Shown here in pieces: positions 10,201-19,284 of a stretch of DNA of 64,000 nt. The notes under the pieces were generated by a model, which worked only from the letters and a program-made list of their open reading frames with translations, did no database searches and had not been told where the DNA came from. Position 1 is the stretch's first letter, and each line of letters starts with the position of its first letter. The stretch comes from a virus. Where the stretch lies: positions 8,598-72,597 of the IMG/VR virus record IMGVR_UViG_3300027857_000004; one strand, written 5' to 3'. The position numbers and the translations under genes were made by a program.

Positions 10201-13200
10201 TTTCAACTTCAAGCTGCCTGACACTGCGCGGCTCGGAGGTGGAAAGTTCCCGCTCAATGTCGCCGGGCAGGAAGTAAGCAAAGCGACTATCCCGGGACGC
10301 ATTGAGTCGCCAGTGATTCCCAGACCGGAATTTACAGAGGGCGCAGTCAAGAAGTTTCCCGAACTGCAAGGCAGACAGATTCTGGAAGTCAATCCGGTCC
10401 GGAACGAATTCGAGAATGCGGCGCTGAAGGCGAATAAGCCGATGCCTTCGTTCATCGAATCCGTTCAGAAATTAAACCTGGAGCACATCAAGGAAGCGGA
10501 ACACGCTCCGGAAGCGTCTCCGGAATTCCGCGGCAACACTTTAACACTGTCAGCCGGATTCGCGCCGAAAACGAACGAGCCGCGAGCCGTTAAAATGGCG
10601 GCTATTCGCGACGAAGGCACCGGCAGGGTTTTCGAGGGTCCGATGCATGCGTCCGCTACGCTCGACTGGCTGCGCGACAAGCACGCTGACAAAATCGATG
10701 AAGCTGGCAATCTGCCGCCCGAAGTAGAATTGGATGCCTGGAATTCGCACCCCAACGTAACCGAAGGATTTACTACAAACAATGGTGAGTTTCTTAACCG
10801 AGAAGAGGCGTTCGAAAGAGCCCAAAGCTTTGGTCAGATGCCAGCTGCTGTAGACGAACCTGGGGCTTCTTTAGAATCCACCGCATTTGAAAAACACAAA
10901 AAGTTAATATCTGCGTTCGCTCCAGCTTCTCGTGAGCAGATGGCAGAATATGAACGTCAACGAGCCGCCTACGAAGCGACTCCCTGGTGGAAGCGTCCAC
11001 CCGTAGGGGAGACCGAAACCGGACGGCACACTTCCTACGCCGGTGACCCGGAATCGGGTTTAGTTCTGCACAGCGCGAAGCAGCGCAGCACCGTTTTCGT
11101 CAGGCCGGGAAACGAAGCGAACGCTTTTCTTTCGAAGTGGCAACAGGCGCCGAACCAAGCGGCAAAAGACCAAGTGGTGGAATCTTATTTCGGTCCGACT
11201 GGTGCGCAATTTGCGCCCGATAAAAAGACGTTCATCGTTCGGCACGGCTCGACCGAAATGAACAACTCGGACCCGGACAAAGACTTGATTCGCGGCCATA
11301 TCGATGTTCCGCTCGATGATAAAGGCAGACGCGAAGCGGGTGAGGCTGCTCAGAATATCGCCGACCAAGGCGGAGTTAACCACGTCATCGCGTCCGACTT
11401 GGGTAGGACGCAAGAAACCGGCCAGATAATCGCCGATAAGAACGGCGCGACAATGGAATTAGACCCGGGGTTGCGGCCTTGGAAGTTCGGTCCGACAATC
11501 GAAGGCAAGCCGACGGCGAAGATGCTGCCTGAGATTAAGCGGCTGACCGAGAACCCGGATGAGAGACCGCCCGAGGGTGAAACGTTCAACGAATTCAAAG
11601 ACCGCTTTCTGGACGCTTTCCATCGCGCGCAAGAGAATCACGCCGACAAAAACACTGCGATTGTGACGCACTACCGAGGCACGAAGTTGCTCGATGCGTG
11701 GCGCGCTACCGGAACTGACAACGACACAATCGACAAGGCTATTTTCGAGAAATACGACAAAGACAAAACGCCGGGCAACGTTGACGTTGTCGACAAAGCC
11801 GGTGCTGAGCTAGCGCCAGAGCCTGAGAAACAACCAGCAGTCGATAAAGCGGCTGAGTTAATGCGGGATGCGAATGACGATGTCAGCCGACAATGGGCAA
11901 GCGAAGCAGCCGCGCAATTCGCCGCGAAAAAACCTGTCGAAGGTGGGCGAAAATCCAAACAGGATTGGACACTGCGAGAGGGGCCGGGTCTTTTCAGCAA
12001 AGCGTGGATTCTGCCCGATGGCAAACCGGTTCAGCTTGGCGGCCAATGGCACCACGAGTGGCTGAATGAGAATCCGAACATCGCGAAAAAATATGGTCTT
12101 AAAACTACCACTAGCGCTGAAGACAACCGTTCTGAGGCTTTGCAAAAAGGGTTCGCTCGTGTTAACTATGAAAAAAACACCGGCACGCTCAAGGTCGAAG
12201 CTCGCGCGCAGGATTGGCAAAAAATAGCACCGGCAATCAGGCAGCTAGCGGAAACTAATCTGCGCAAAATCGACAACATGGACGTTCATCTGCTCGACTC
12301 CAAAGCGCAGCGAATAGTCGACTCTGATGGGGTGGCATTGCACACATACGACCCGGGCGAGAAGATGGACCATCTTCCGATGATATCGGAGCCGACGAGC
12401 ACGACCACGATGAGTGCACAAGCTCCAGCAGAAAAAGCTCAATTTTCACCTAGTAAAAAAGAAGATAAAATAAGAGCGGTTGAAAGATACAAACAATTTT
12501 GGATTTTGAACAATGGTGAAATAGTGCCTTCTCCAGAAGGGCACATGGCTTCTGCTAGAGACGTGCTGCCCCACGAAACCATATTAGAAGACCGTAAAAC
12601 TGGTGTGGCAGGTTCCTTATATGATAGCATGCAAAACCGGGGGCATCTTCGGGGCATGCTAATGGAATATCCAAACAAAAGCATAGAAATTGAGGGGTCG
12701 GTAAAAGTGCCAGTGTCCAGATTAGCAAAAGAATCCATAGAAGATATTTCACACGCTCTCGAAAGACCAGCAAATATAAATGGAAAGCGACTGGAGACTG
12801 GTTTTCCGGAAGAACAAGGTCCGGGCCTCGTCTCAAATCAATTCGCACCGAGCGACCATCCGCGCGCTATTCGCGGCGCCGCTGTGCGTGACCGTGAGAC
12901 CGGTAAGATTTACGAGGGTCCGATGCACTTCTATGCGTTGCAGCGAGCGGAAGAGGCGGGCGCGACCGGGATACATGACGAAGGTTTTATGACGAACAGC
13001 GGCGAGTTTTTGAATCGCCGAGAAGCATTTGACCGAGCAAAAGAACTAGACCAGTTGAAGACGCCGGAAACTCCGCAGCAAGCGGAAGCGTTGGAACGCG
13101 CAGAGCGATTCGGCGCGTTATCGGAACAAGTCAAAGGCATCCAATTCGCGCCACCGAATCAAGACGAGCTGGACAAAATCAAATCGGGCGAATCGTTCGG

Positions 13201-14962
13201 TCAAACGTTCAACCAGGACGGTTCGGTATGGCAGCCCACAAACAAAAAGCAGGATATCGTCACACTCGCCAGTGTCAACATTCCGACTGCCCAATTGAGT
13301 CAGGACGAAGTCCAGAAAGCATCTGCCCCCTACTCCGATTTGCTGAACAATCCGAATGTCAAACTCGGTGCGTTCAATTTCGAGCAGGCCGGTAAGCCAA
13401 TGACGAGTATCGATATCAACGCCATCGTGCCGCAAGCACACCGCGAGAATTCGCTCAAGTTCGCCAAGGACAACGACCAGATGGCGATTTTCGATATGGC
13501 GAAAAACGATGTGGTGAACACCGGCGGCGCCGGTAACACGAAGCTGACCACTCCGGCGCACATTGCCAAAGCTCTGCCCGCGCTACTCGCTGGAGAACCA
13601 GTTGATGTCGACCGGATTTTAGCTGCCCAACATCGCATAGCGTCGAACATTCCGGCTGGCAAAAAGCCTTTGCCTGTCAGTGACGACTTGTCGGTCAAGT
13701 CAGCTCTCGCGCAGACGACGATGGACAAGTTCACCACCGAAGTTGCGGACCGAATCAAAAGCAATCCAGGTTTTCGAGACATCAAAGGAACGTCTCCAGA
13801 GAAAGTCCTGCCGCAGATTGTGAATCGGATGGCTGAGAATATCCGTTTCCTTTTCGACAAAGCGACCGATGCGAACAAAAAACTGTGGAAGCAATGGTAT
13901 GACATCGCGAACGATTTAAGCCATCGCCTGGGTGGCGAATTCGAGCTGCCCCACTTTGCTGTCGCCGGTATCAATGCCCGGCTCTCGCCGCAAAAAGATT
14001 GGTATATGAACGTGACGCTGACTCGCAAGCTTCTTCAGACCGTTGCGGCGGACCCGGCGTGGAGCGAAAGCGACAAACTGTTCACGCGGTCAGTTCTGGA
14101 GAACGCCGAAACAGCGCGCCGCAAAAAATTAGCCGATGACGGCGAAACTCCGACCCAGAAAAGTATCGATGCATTTAACGACCGCATTGCGAACGTGGAG
14201 AGCATTCCGGAAGGAAAACGAGTAAGCGAAATGACGCCGGAGGATGCCGCTTACTTGATTCGCAGTCACAACGAACTGAAGGGCGACAAAATAATTGTCG
14301 ACCACAATTTCAAGCCGGTCAAGGGAGCGGGCAAACTGACGTGGCAGACATATGAGGCACTCTCTGATGCGTTGAAGATTCTGCGCAACCCGACTCTCGA
14401 AGAAATCAACACCCAGCTCGGGAGCAACCACAAGGTCAGAAGTTTTTATAACAATCACGTCGACCCGATGAACCCACAAGACGTGACTGTCGACACTCAC
14501 GCCGTCGCAGCTTCGCACTTAATGCCCTACGGGAGCAAGAACAAACCTATCTTGGAGAACTTCGGAGCGGTCCGGCACAAAAACTCCGGCTACAACGGAA
14601 GCTATTTCGTGACTGCCGATGCGTATCGGCAGGTTGCAAAAGAAGTTGGCTTACTCCCGCGCGAAGTTCAATCTATCGTGTGGGAACAAATGCGCAACAC
14701 GCTGACACCGGCAGGAAAGCGGACACCTGGATTGGTGAAGCAGACCGACGCAATCTGGGCGAAAGCAGAGAAGGGAAAAATCACTCGCGACGAAGCACGC
14801 AACCAGATTTACAGCCTTTTCGAAAAGGTCAGCGGTAACAAAGCGAGCAAAGGTCAAGCGGACTGGTATGACGAGTATCTGGCGAGCAAAGAGCAAGCGT
14901 TCGCAAAAGATTTCGAAGGTAAAGAAAGTCTAACACATGAAACTGCCGAACAGCCATTTTAG
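7292..14962 (+). CDS. Giant polyvalent internal virion protein (HExxH metallopeptidase-like motif, histidine phosphatase, duplicated small modules, C-terminal HhH-GPD/DUF7178-like domain)
   Basis: 2556 aa; PHEARHAIE near 8995; FIVRHG...DVPLDDKG...SDLGR...GETF...VTH near 11230-11680; C-terminal WY...LSPQKDW..N...KVRSFY...VTVDTHA...YRQVA...LPREVQSIVW. Confidence 0.8.
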   Translation: MADPITLTPDEIASATPITQPTAQPVQLTPEEIASAQPVNQANPVNPIRDFTPDQLVALQRQAPESFDIIQQFLSDPTAQKDPAVRRNAEQAYHQLRQEPWYHDLPTPAQMAGSVGTIVKGFGKQASNYAYAAAGAPALGIATATGAGDEQSRQELATEIQNKIATNWAGTETGLTGLISQIGKVVSATGRVLHINKQLADYTPEDKSAAFQDALTQAQQIQSAMKGQGPLMQAVGGNIVPSLNLKPEEVATAAAGDPFSWEAMGTGLGAAGKLTRAAIPEAARAAIQDVSQRAVDTLAKGVTIPAGAAISSFGKLAGMGIERAPGAAAAGAVLGATHALGLPGELSGFLAAGLKDIRSAPITRLGEAVGQAASEAPAFGRQITGAEPVTGAYAQLGRDIVKSIPTAVADIGKGAAFDLGLAATSDTPQEKQAVGLGTTLGILGGVAGAGKRALTGQLIAPREFTGNANYLPGTGTVPILEDLTRQTFPSMTPGQRVRFNATRDFLRGANPNADIFVSSGSDATAKALTDLGYSPDDAARLSSQGGVTTEINGHKVAIVNADSFDTAPHEARHAIENVMGEQALRQLDDEISSAYGTKNMDAIGRYYTSKIFQGRDPGANWQTPLLDITGEGERMAREKLIQQGVPDDQLKQQSSDWGNVLTPAEMQDAANRYVAREIAAENFSTWFSKMGGDVNAKQQVPEKLAQWTAAVMRTFGAEPLAGQVSPLGLPLSSKVIQRVGEQARELTRPSVEPAEEPATGAPRPPEKEARNAVELARTAPDVPVAGGTKSQREILGTVAEAIANRTGVKLNYLSAPEEPAAATTSNRPVRRQMIEIFRSMPESARKLWEKTFFPDKVTKSKKGYQIQGWAPEVFAANAHKLAGTIASTPEMAGLSPYEVDPATKSFTPEAWQQLYNDTSRFVANQQSGRTGSGVPLEVPPGMQEKGFFKPPLKPGAGSLDQRKADFISMLFNFKLPDTARLGGGKFPLNVAGQEVSKATIPGRIESPVIPRPEFTEGAVKKFPELQGRQILEVNPVRNEFENAALKANKPMPSFIESVQKLNLEHIKEAEHAPEASPEFRGNTLTLSAGFAPKTNEPRAVKMAAIRDEGTGRVFEGPMHASATLDWLRDKHADKIDEAGNLPPEVELDAWNSHPNVTEGFTTNNGEFLNREEAFERAQSFGQMPAAVDEPGASLESTAFEKHKKLISAFAPASREQMAEYERQRAAYEATPWWKRPPVGETETGRHTSYAGDPESGLVLHSAKQRSTVFVRPGNEANAFLSKWQQAPNQAAKDQVVESYFGPTGAQFAPDKKTFIVRHGSTEMNNSDPDKDLIRGHIDVPLDDKGRREAGEAAQNIADQGGVNHVIASDLGRTQETGQIIADKNGATMELDPGLRPWKFGPTIEGKPTAKMLPEIKRLTENPDERPPEGETFNEFKDRFLDAFHRAQENHADKNTAIVTHYRGTKLLDAWRATGTDNDTIDKAIFEKYDKDKTPGNVDVVDKAGAELAPEPEKQPAVDKAAELMRDANDDVSRQWASEAAAQFAAKKPVEGGRKSKQDWTLREGPGLFSKAWILPDGKPVQLGGQWHHEWLNENPNIAKKYGLKTTTSAEDNRSEALQKGFARVNYEKNTGTLKVEARAQDWQKIAPAIRQLAETNLRKIDNMDVHLLDSKAQRIVDSDGVALHTYDPGEKMDHLPMISEPTSTTTMSAQAPAEKAQFSPSKKEDKIRAVERYKQFWILNNGEIVPSPEGHMASARDVLPHETILEDRKTGVAGSLYDSMQNRGHLRGMLMEYPNKSIEIEGSVKVPVSRLAKESIEDISHALERPANINGKRLETGFPEEQGPGLVSNQFAPSDHPRAIRGAAVRDRETGKIYEGPMHFYALQRAEEAGATGIHDEGFMTNSGEFLNRREAFDRAKELDQLKTPETPQQAEALERAERFGALSEQVKGIQFAPPNQDELDKIKSGESFGQTFNQDGSVWQPTNKKQDIVTLASVNIPTAQLSQDEVQKASAPYSDLLNNPNVKLGAFNFEQAGKPMTSIDINAIVPQAHRENSLKFAKDNDQMAIFDMAKNDVVNTGGAGNTKLTTPAHIAKALPALLAGEPVDVDRILAAQHRIASNIPAGKKPLPVSDDLSVKSALAQTTMDKFTTEVADRIKSNPGFRDIKGTSPEKVLPQIVNRMAENIRFLFDKATDANKKLWKQWYDIANDLSHRLGGEFELPHFAVAGINARLSPQKDWYMNVTLTRKLLQTVAADPAWSESDKLFTRSVLENAETARRKKLADDGETPTQKSIDAFNDRIANVESIPEGKRVSEMTPEDAAYLIRSHNELKGDKIIVDHNFKPVKGAGKLTWQTYEALSDALKILRNPTLEEINTQLGSNHKVRSFYNNHVDPMNPQDVTVDTHAVAASHLMPYGSKNKPILENFGAVRHKNSGYNGSYFVTADAYRQVAKEVGLLPREVQSIVWEQMRNTLTPAGKRTPGLVKQTDAIWAKAEKGKITRDEARNQIYSLFEKVSGNKASKGQADWYDEYLASKEQAFAKDFEGKESLTHETAEQPF

Positions 14963-15170
14963 AATCCCGGCTATATCTCCGGAAGATAAAGACGTGCCCG
15001 AAATCGAACCCCAGCAGGCGTTCGTCGCAGACCCTGAGTCCGACACCGTTAAAAAACTGGCGAAGCTAATCGGCTGGGACAAAGTCAGGGAGCTGGCCGA
15101 ACCGACCCCGAAAGAATCGACTGCCCACCTCGTGCAGCCTAGCCCCAGGTCAACAATCAACCGACTGTAA
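14937..15170 (+). CDS. Hypothetical protein
   Basis: 77-aa ORF overlapping the stop of the giant gene. Confidence 0.45.
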   Translation: MKLPNSHFRIPAISPEDKDVPEIEPQQAFVADPESDTVKKLAKLIGWDKVRELAEPTPKESTAHLVQPSPRSTINRL

Positions 15171-15174
15171 TCGT

Positions 15175-15909
15175 ATGCCAGATGCCCAATCTTTAGTCCA
15201 ACCTTTAGCCGCACCGATGCCGCAGACCACTGGGGGTGCGCCAATACCCAACACCGCAGACGGCGCAGCTGGGGGCAGCCCTGCGCCGAATTCGGCCACT
15301 CCTGAAGGCCCAGCCATACCCAAGGAATTGGTGAAGCACCCAGCCTTCCAGGCACTGTTCTCCGGCGCGCCGCCCGCGCTATCCTATCACATTAAGGGGT
15401 TTGCCGACCGCGATGAGCGGGAGCTATTCTCTAAAAACAAAGCCTTTCTCCAAAAAGCCGGGATATCGGTTTACAAGTCAATCAGCGGAGATAGGGGCGT
15501 GATATTCAATGCTTTACATGTTCATCCGCAAGACCTGTATGCGGCTGACAAGATGGGAAAACTCGACCAGATTGCCCCCGACTTTGATGTCGTAAATCAC
15601 GCGGTGGCGAAAAGCGGCATATCGAACCCGGTTCTGCGGGTTGGGCACGTCCCAGCGGCGCCACCGATGTCCAGGTCAGCCACTATAGCGCCCCAATCTG
15701 CGTCCCAGGATGCCCTAGCACAGCGCGTAATGGGCAACCAAGCTCCTGGGCCGGGGCAAACCCCTCCCGTGGCTCCTACGCTTCCTGCATCAGTTCAAAA
15801 GCGGCTTCTAGCAGAACGTTCTGCGAACCTAACGCCCGGGGCACCAACCGCGGGACAGGCGCCTGGGCAGGGCCGTCTGTTAAATTCGATTTTGAAACCG
15901 GTTCAGTGA
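15175..15909 (+). CDS. Hypothetical protein
   Basis: 244 aa; preceded by phage promoter TAGCC-N17-CGACTGTA (15140-15169). Confidence 0.65.
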   Translation: MPDAQSLVQPLAAPMPQTTGGAPIPNTADGAAGGSPAPNSATPEGPAIPKELVKHPAFQALFSGAPPALSYHIKGFADRDERELFSKNKAFLQKAGISVYKSISGDRGVIFNALHVHPQDLYAADKMGKLDQIAPDFDVVNHAVAKSGISNPVLRVGHVPAAPPMSRSATIAPQSASQDALAQRVMGNQAPGPGQTPPVAPTLPASVQKRLLAERSANLTPGAPTAGQAPGQGRLLNSILKPVQ

Positions 15910-16369
15910 CCGGAAAGTTAAGAAGAGCAAACTGTCCGAAAAGCGCTAGGGCACGCTTGTCATACGCCTGGGCTGCCTCAATGGCCGTATCGAAGCAGCC
16001 GATGTGTATTCGCTGTCGGTCTTTGCCGATAGTGGCATAGTATTTATTTCCTCGATTTGGCCGGAAATGAACGCCCTTGTATCCGCTTTTGTTACGCTTA
16101 GGCTTGCCTTTATTTGCTTGGTTTTGAGAGTTGGTGCAGTCTCTAAGGTTGTCCCGCTGATTGTTTAACCCATCGCCGTCCCAGTGGTCTGAAAATTCGT
16201 AATCCGGATTAAGAAGTTTATGCAACGGAATGCTACTAACGGCATAAACTGTATTTTTGTCCTTCCGCTTCTTGGCTTGCCATTTGAATTTACTTAAAAA
16301 TTCAAAATCGGCGTCATCGACTTTTGTAACGAATCCTTGCGTGAGTTTAATTTCTTTCATTGTCTTCAA
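15776..16369 (-). CDS. HNH-AP2 homing endonuclease
   Basis: IKLTQG..VDDADFE, DHWDGDGLNNQRDNLR, SGYKGV, AAQAYD..FALLNFP; tail reads through into the convergent gene. Confidence 0.85.
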   Translation of the reverse strand: MKTMKEIKLTQGFVTKVDDADFEFLSKFKWQAKKRKDKNTVYAVSSIPLHKLLNPDYEFSDHWDGDGLNNQRDNLRDCTNSQNQANKGKPKRNKSGYKGVHFRPNRGNKYYATIGKDRQRIHIGCFDTAIEAAQAYDKRALALFGQFALLNFPVTEPVSKSNLTDGPAQAPVPRLVPRALGSQNVLLEAAFELMQEA

Positions 16370-16372
16370 TAG

Positions 16373-17671
16373 CTATTCTATCGGGAACCCGGCGGGAATG
16401 GTGTAGGGCAGCTTGTCACCCACGGCATCCGCGAATTTTAGCGTCAGCGGGTATTCAGCCGTGCGTCCGTATTTCGGATGCACGAACATCAGCCGTTGCA
16501 TAGGGTCAACCGGATTGAAGTTGCCCGCTAGAGCAAACCCGTCGAGCCCAGGGAAGCCGCCATTGATAATCACCTCGCCCAACGCATGCGGAAGTTGAAT
16601 GCCCCGGTGAAGATGCCCCACGAGGTAATAGTGCGGCGATTGCCGGTCGTGCTTCGTGAACAACTGGGTCGTGGTGGAAATCTCACGCGCAATAGCGTGG
16701 TTCGGAATTCCAAGCGCTTTGTCTCCACCGCGGAGGTGGTCACCGTGCGCCGCTCGAAATGTGAAACCCTGGACTTCGAAAACTGTGAACGGCTGCTGGT
16801 TCAAATTCCAGCGAATGTTTTTAAGGTCGCTTGTCAGTGCCTCAACCAGCGCATACAAAAACATATCGAGGTTCGAATAGCGATTGTCAGTCGGCATCTT
16901 GTGCTGAGACTGCCACCGGGTGTGGTTGCCGACAACAGTGTGGATTCGAATCTGAGGAACGCGCGCCGACAGCACTCGGAGAAATTGCGCGATAGCGTGC
17001 CCGGCGCCATAGAATTGCGAGAAGAGCGTGGTGTGTTGGCCAGCTTCAACGCCGTGATTCAACGCGCCGTGCAGCATGTCGCCCAGCATCGCAATTACCA
17101 GCTCATCGATTTTGACCGTCGTGTGGTTTTCCAGAATCGACAGCACTGATTCTTCCAGATACTTCAGGCGCGACAGGAAAATGCTGAAGTTGTATTCGCC
17201 GAACCCGAGCGTTTGCTCCGGCGTGATTACCTGTCCGACGTGGGTGTCTGAGAAGAGAAGAACTGCGCTCTGGTTCGCGCTCTTGCCTCCCACCTTTCGA
17301 ACCTGTGTAATCGCTGGCGCTGCCGCATACGACTGCGGAGCGATTGCCCTGATATCAGCAACCAGAGCATCCACAACCGAGTTTTCATGGAGAGCTTTTT
17401 CATATTTCGTTTGGAGCTGAGAATATCGTTTCCGCCACAGCTCACCGGTGGCGCGTTCCTGGTCTTCCGAATATTTCGACTCAGCTGATGTAGTCGCCAC
17501 CAAAGGCTGTAGGCCCAGGCCCGCTATCTTTCGTTCCACCGCTTTGTGGGTTCTTCCGAGTGCCTTTGCGAGCTGCCGGACGCTTAGCCCGCTTTCTCGA
17601 AGGTCCGTTAACATTTTCTCTTCGCTCGGTCTCCACGGGTTTGCTTTGCTCTTGTTGGGTCTGTTGCTCAT
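16373..17671 (-). CDS. Calcineurin-like metallophosphoesterase with N-terminal HTH
   Basis: SDTHVG, LGD, GNH, HGD, GHLH motifs; N-terminal W..EE..L...GLSVRQLAKALGRT. Confidence 0.85.
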   Translation of the reverse strand: MSNRPNKSKANPWRPSEEKMLTDLRESGLSVRQLAKALGRTHKAVERKIAGLGLQPLVATTSAESKYSEDQERATGELWRKRYSQLQTKYEKALHENSVVDALVADIRAIAPQSYAAAPAITQVRKVGGKSANQSAVLLFSDTHVGQVITPEQTLGFGEYNFSIFLSRLKYLEESVLSILENHTTVKIDELVIAMLGDMLHGALNHGVEAGQHTTLFSQFYGAGHAIAQFLRVLSARVPQIRIHTVVGNHTRWQSQHKMPTDNRYSNLDMFLYALVEALTSDLKNIRWNLNQQPFTVFEVQGFTFRAAHGDHLRGGDKALGIPNHAIAREISTTTQLFTKHDRQSPHYYLVGHLHRGIQLPHALGEVIINGGFPGLDGFALAGNFNPVDPMQRLMFVHPKYGRTAEYPLTLKFADAVGDKLPYTIPAGFPIE

Positions 17672-18290
17672 TATTTTTGGGATACGGTTCAGGCGTCTGA
17701 CCATTTTCAATTTGTTGTTCTCTGCGTTCTAAATACTGCGCCACAATCGCGGGCACGCCCTGTTCGAAAACTTCGTCGAACGCGCGCAAAGCAGCCTCCG
17801 GCGATTTGCCGGTGCCGATGATGCAGTTATTCGCATCATTCGGGTCACCGATAAAAGCGGCGTAAGTCACTCCGTCCACACATCGCGCAAGGGCTGGGTG
17901 AAACCGAAAGTGCGGAGTGGTGTAGTAGTAAGCCGCCTGCGCTTGGTGCTCCAGAAACTTTTTATTCAGCGCGTGCGATTCGAGAAACTCTTTTTCGAGT
18001 GCGTGCTGCTTGTCCAGGCTCCAGCGGCATTTGTCGGCAATAATAGCTTCGAGTGCTTCAGTCGCTTTGATGAACAGATTTTCGGCAGCGATTTTCGCTT
18101 CGGGCGGCATCGTGTCGGTCTGTTCCTGCGGCTCGCTCTGGCCGAACATTCCCACGTTGGGAGGATTGCGCAAACTCGCCAAAGCGAGACTGGCAATCTG
18201 CATCAGATTATTAATCTGATTTTGAGTCGTGACTTCCGCGTTCGGGAAAATCAACTGTGATGTCGGCGTTTTCGGCTGCTGACCATTCAT
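17481..18290 (-). CDS. Hypothetical protein
   Basis: ATG overlaps the RuvC-like stop (ATGA); the C-terminus overlaps the next gene by about 190 nt. Confidence 0.6.
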   Translation of the reverse strand: MNGQQPKTPTSQLIFPNAEVTTQNQINNLMQIASLALASLRNPPNVGMFGQSEPQEQTDTMPPEAKIAAENLFIKATEALEAIIADKCRWSLDKQHALEKEFLESHALNKKFLEHQAQAAYYYTTPHFRFHPALARCVDGVTYAAFIGDPNDANNCIIGTGKSPEAALRAFDEVFEQGVPAIVAQYLERREQQIENGQTPEPYPKNNEQQTQQEQSKPVETERRENVNGPSRKRAKRPAARKGTRKNPQSGGTKDSGPGPTAFGGDYIS

Positions 18291-18796
18291 CGTCTTGCTA
18301 GAGTTTGTGCTGCCCATTTCCAGATAAAGATAGCGTCAACCGCATTATCGTCCAACTCTTTTTTCGAGAATTCTGGATGCCTCATTTTCAGCGCACGCGC
18401 CATCATCGATTTGTCCGCGTTGCCCGCGCCGGTGGCAAATTTCTTCAGCGTAGTCACGGGCACGCACTCAACCGTGACATCAGCGGCATTCGCTGCAATC
18501 CACACCACGGCGCGAAAGCTTGACCAGAGTTGTGTTTGCTTCGTGTATGTCGAGAATTCCACGTCTTCGAAAATAATCGCGTCGAGCTTCGTAGTTTGCA
18601 ATTTCCCGGCGAGCCATCTTTCGAATCTCAAGACTCTCGGGTCCGAGGTGCGTGTCAATCGCATCCTGCCGAATTGTGTCACCTCTGTTTTGGTTGCCCA
18701 CAGAATGCTTCCCGCTTGCGGGACCGGCGCGCCGATGCCGGTTTGCCCCAGGCAATAGCCGGTCGTTGTGCCCAGGTCTAGCGCTAAAATATTCAC
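18287..18796 (-). CDS. RuvC-like Holliday junction resolvase
   Basis: ILALDLGTTTG, IFE, TLKKFATGAGNADK, DDNAVDA. Confidence 0.85.
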   Translation of the reverse strand: MNILALDLGTTTGYCLGQTGIGAPVPQAGSILWATKTEVTQFGRMRLTRTSDPRVLRFERWLAGKLQTTKLDAIIFEDVEFSTYTKQTQLWSSFRAVVWIAANAADVTVECVPVTTLKKFATGAGNADKSMMARALKMRHPEFSKKELDDNAVDAIFIWKWAAQTLARR

Positions 18797-18801
18797 TCAT
18801 A

Positions 18802-19284
18802 CTACAGTCGGCATTTTCCAAAGTTAAGGAGAGCGAATTCTTTGTGATACCGGACAGCCGCTAAATCGTAAGCCCTTGTTGCTTTTCTTTCATCTGCAAA
18901 ATATCCCAGATGATGCTGCTTTCCGTCGAATCGTATCAGAGCTTGCCACAAGGAATACCGGGCATACCAGCTAACCCCCTTGAACTTACTGGCGCAGTTT
19001 TTAAGCTTCCTTCTGTTTCGTGAGTTTTCGCCATGCGTTGCATTTCTAATGTTTTTGCGACGGTTATCAAGCCCGTTTAAATTTTCATGGTCTCCCTGCT
19101 CATGCCGCTTCAATCCCAGGATTAGCCTATGCATGCGTATCGTGCCGACACCCGGTTGGCGCCGCAGCGCGTATTTGCGCCCGTCTTTCTTGGTCTCAAT
19201 TTGCCACTTTCATTGGCTAAGCCATTCAAAATCACAATCATCAACCAAAGCAAACTGACCCTGCGTAAGTGGTATGCGCTTCAT
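18802..19284 (-). pseudogene. HNH-AP2 endonuclease with an in-frame TGA at codon 25
   Basis: MKRIPLTQGQFALVDDCDFEWLSQ*KWQ... continues in frame into the listed 18802..19134 ORF; paralogues have W at the stop (19210-19212). Confidence 0.8.

Noticed and set aside
7437-14896. Many short ORFs nested in or antisense to the giant gene and other long genes
   Set aside because: No recognisable motifs; expected shadows in GC-rich coding DNA.
19210-19212. In-frame TGA at a conserved Trp suggesting TGA=Trp recoding
   Set aside because: Many intact genes end in TGA with ATGA coupling and long genes read through in the standard code; a single nonsense mutation is simpler.
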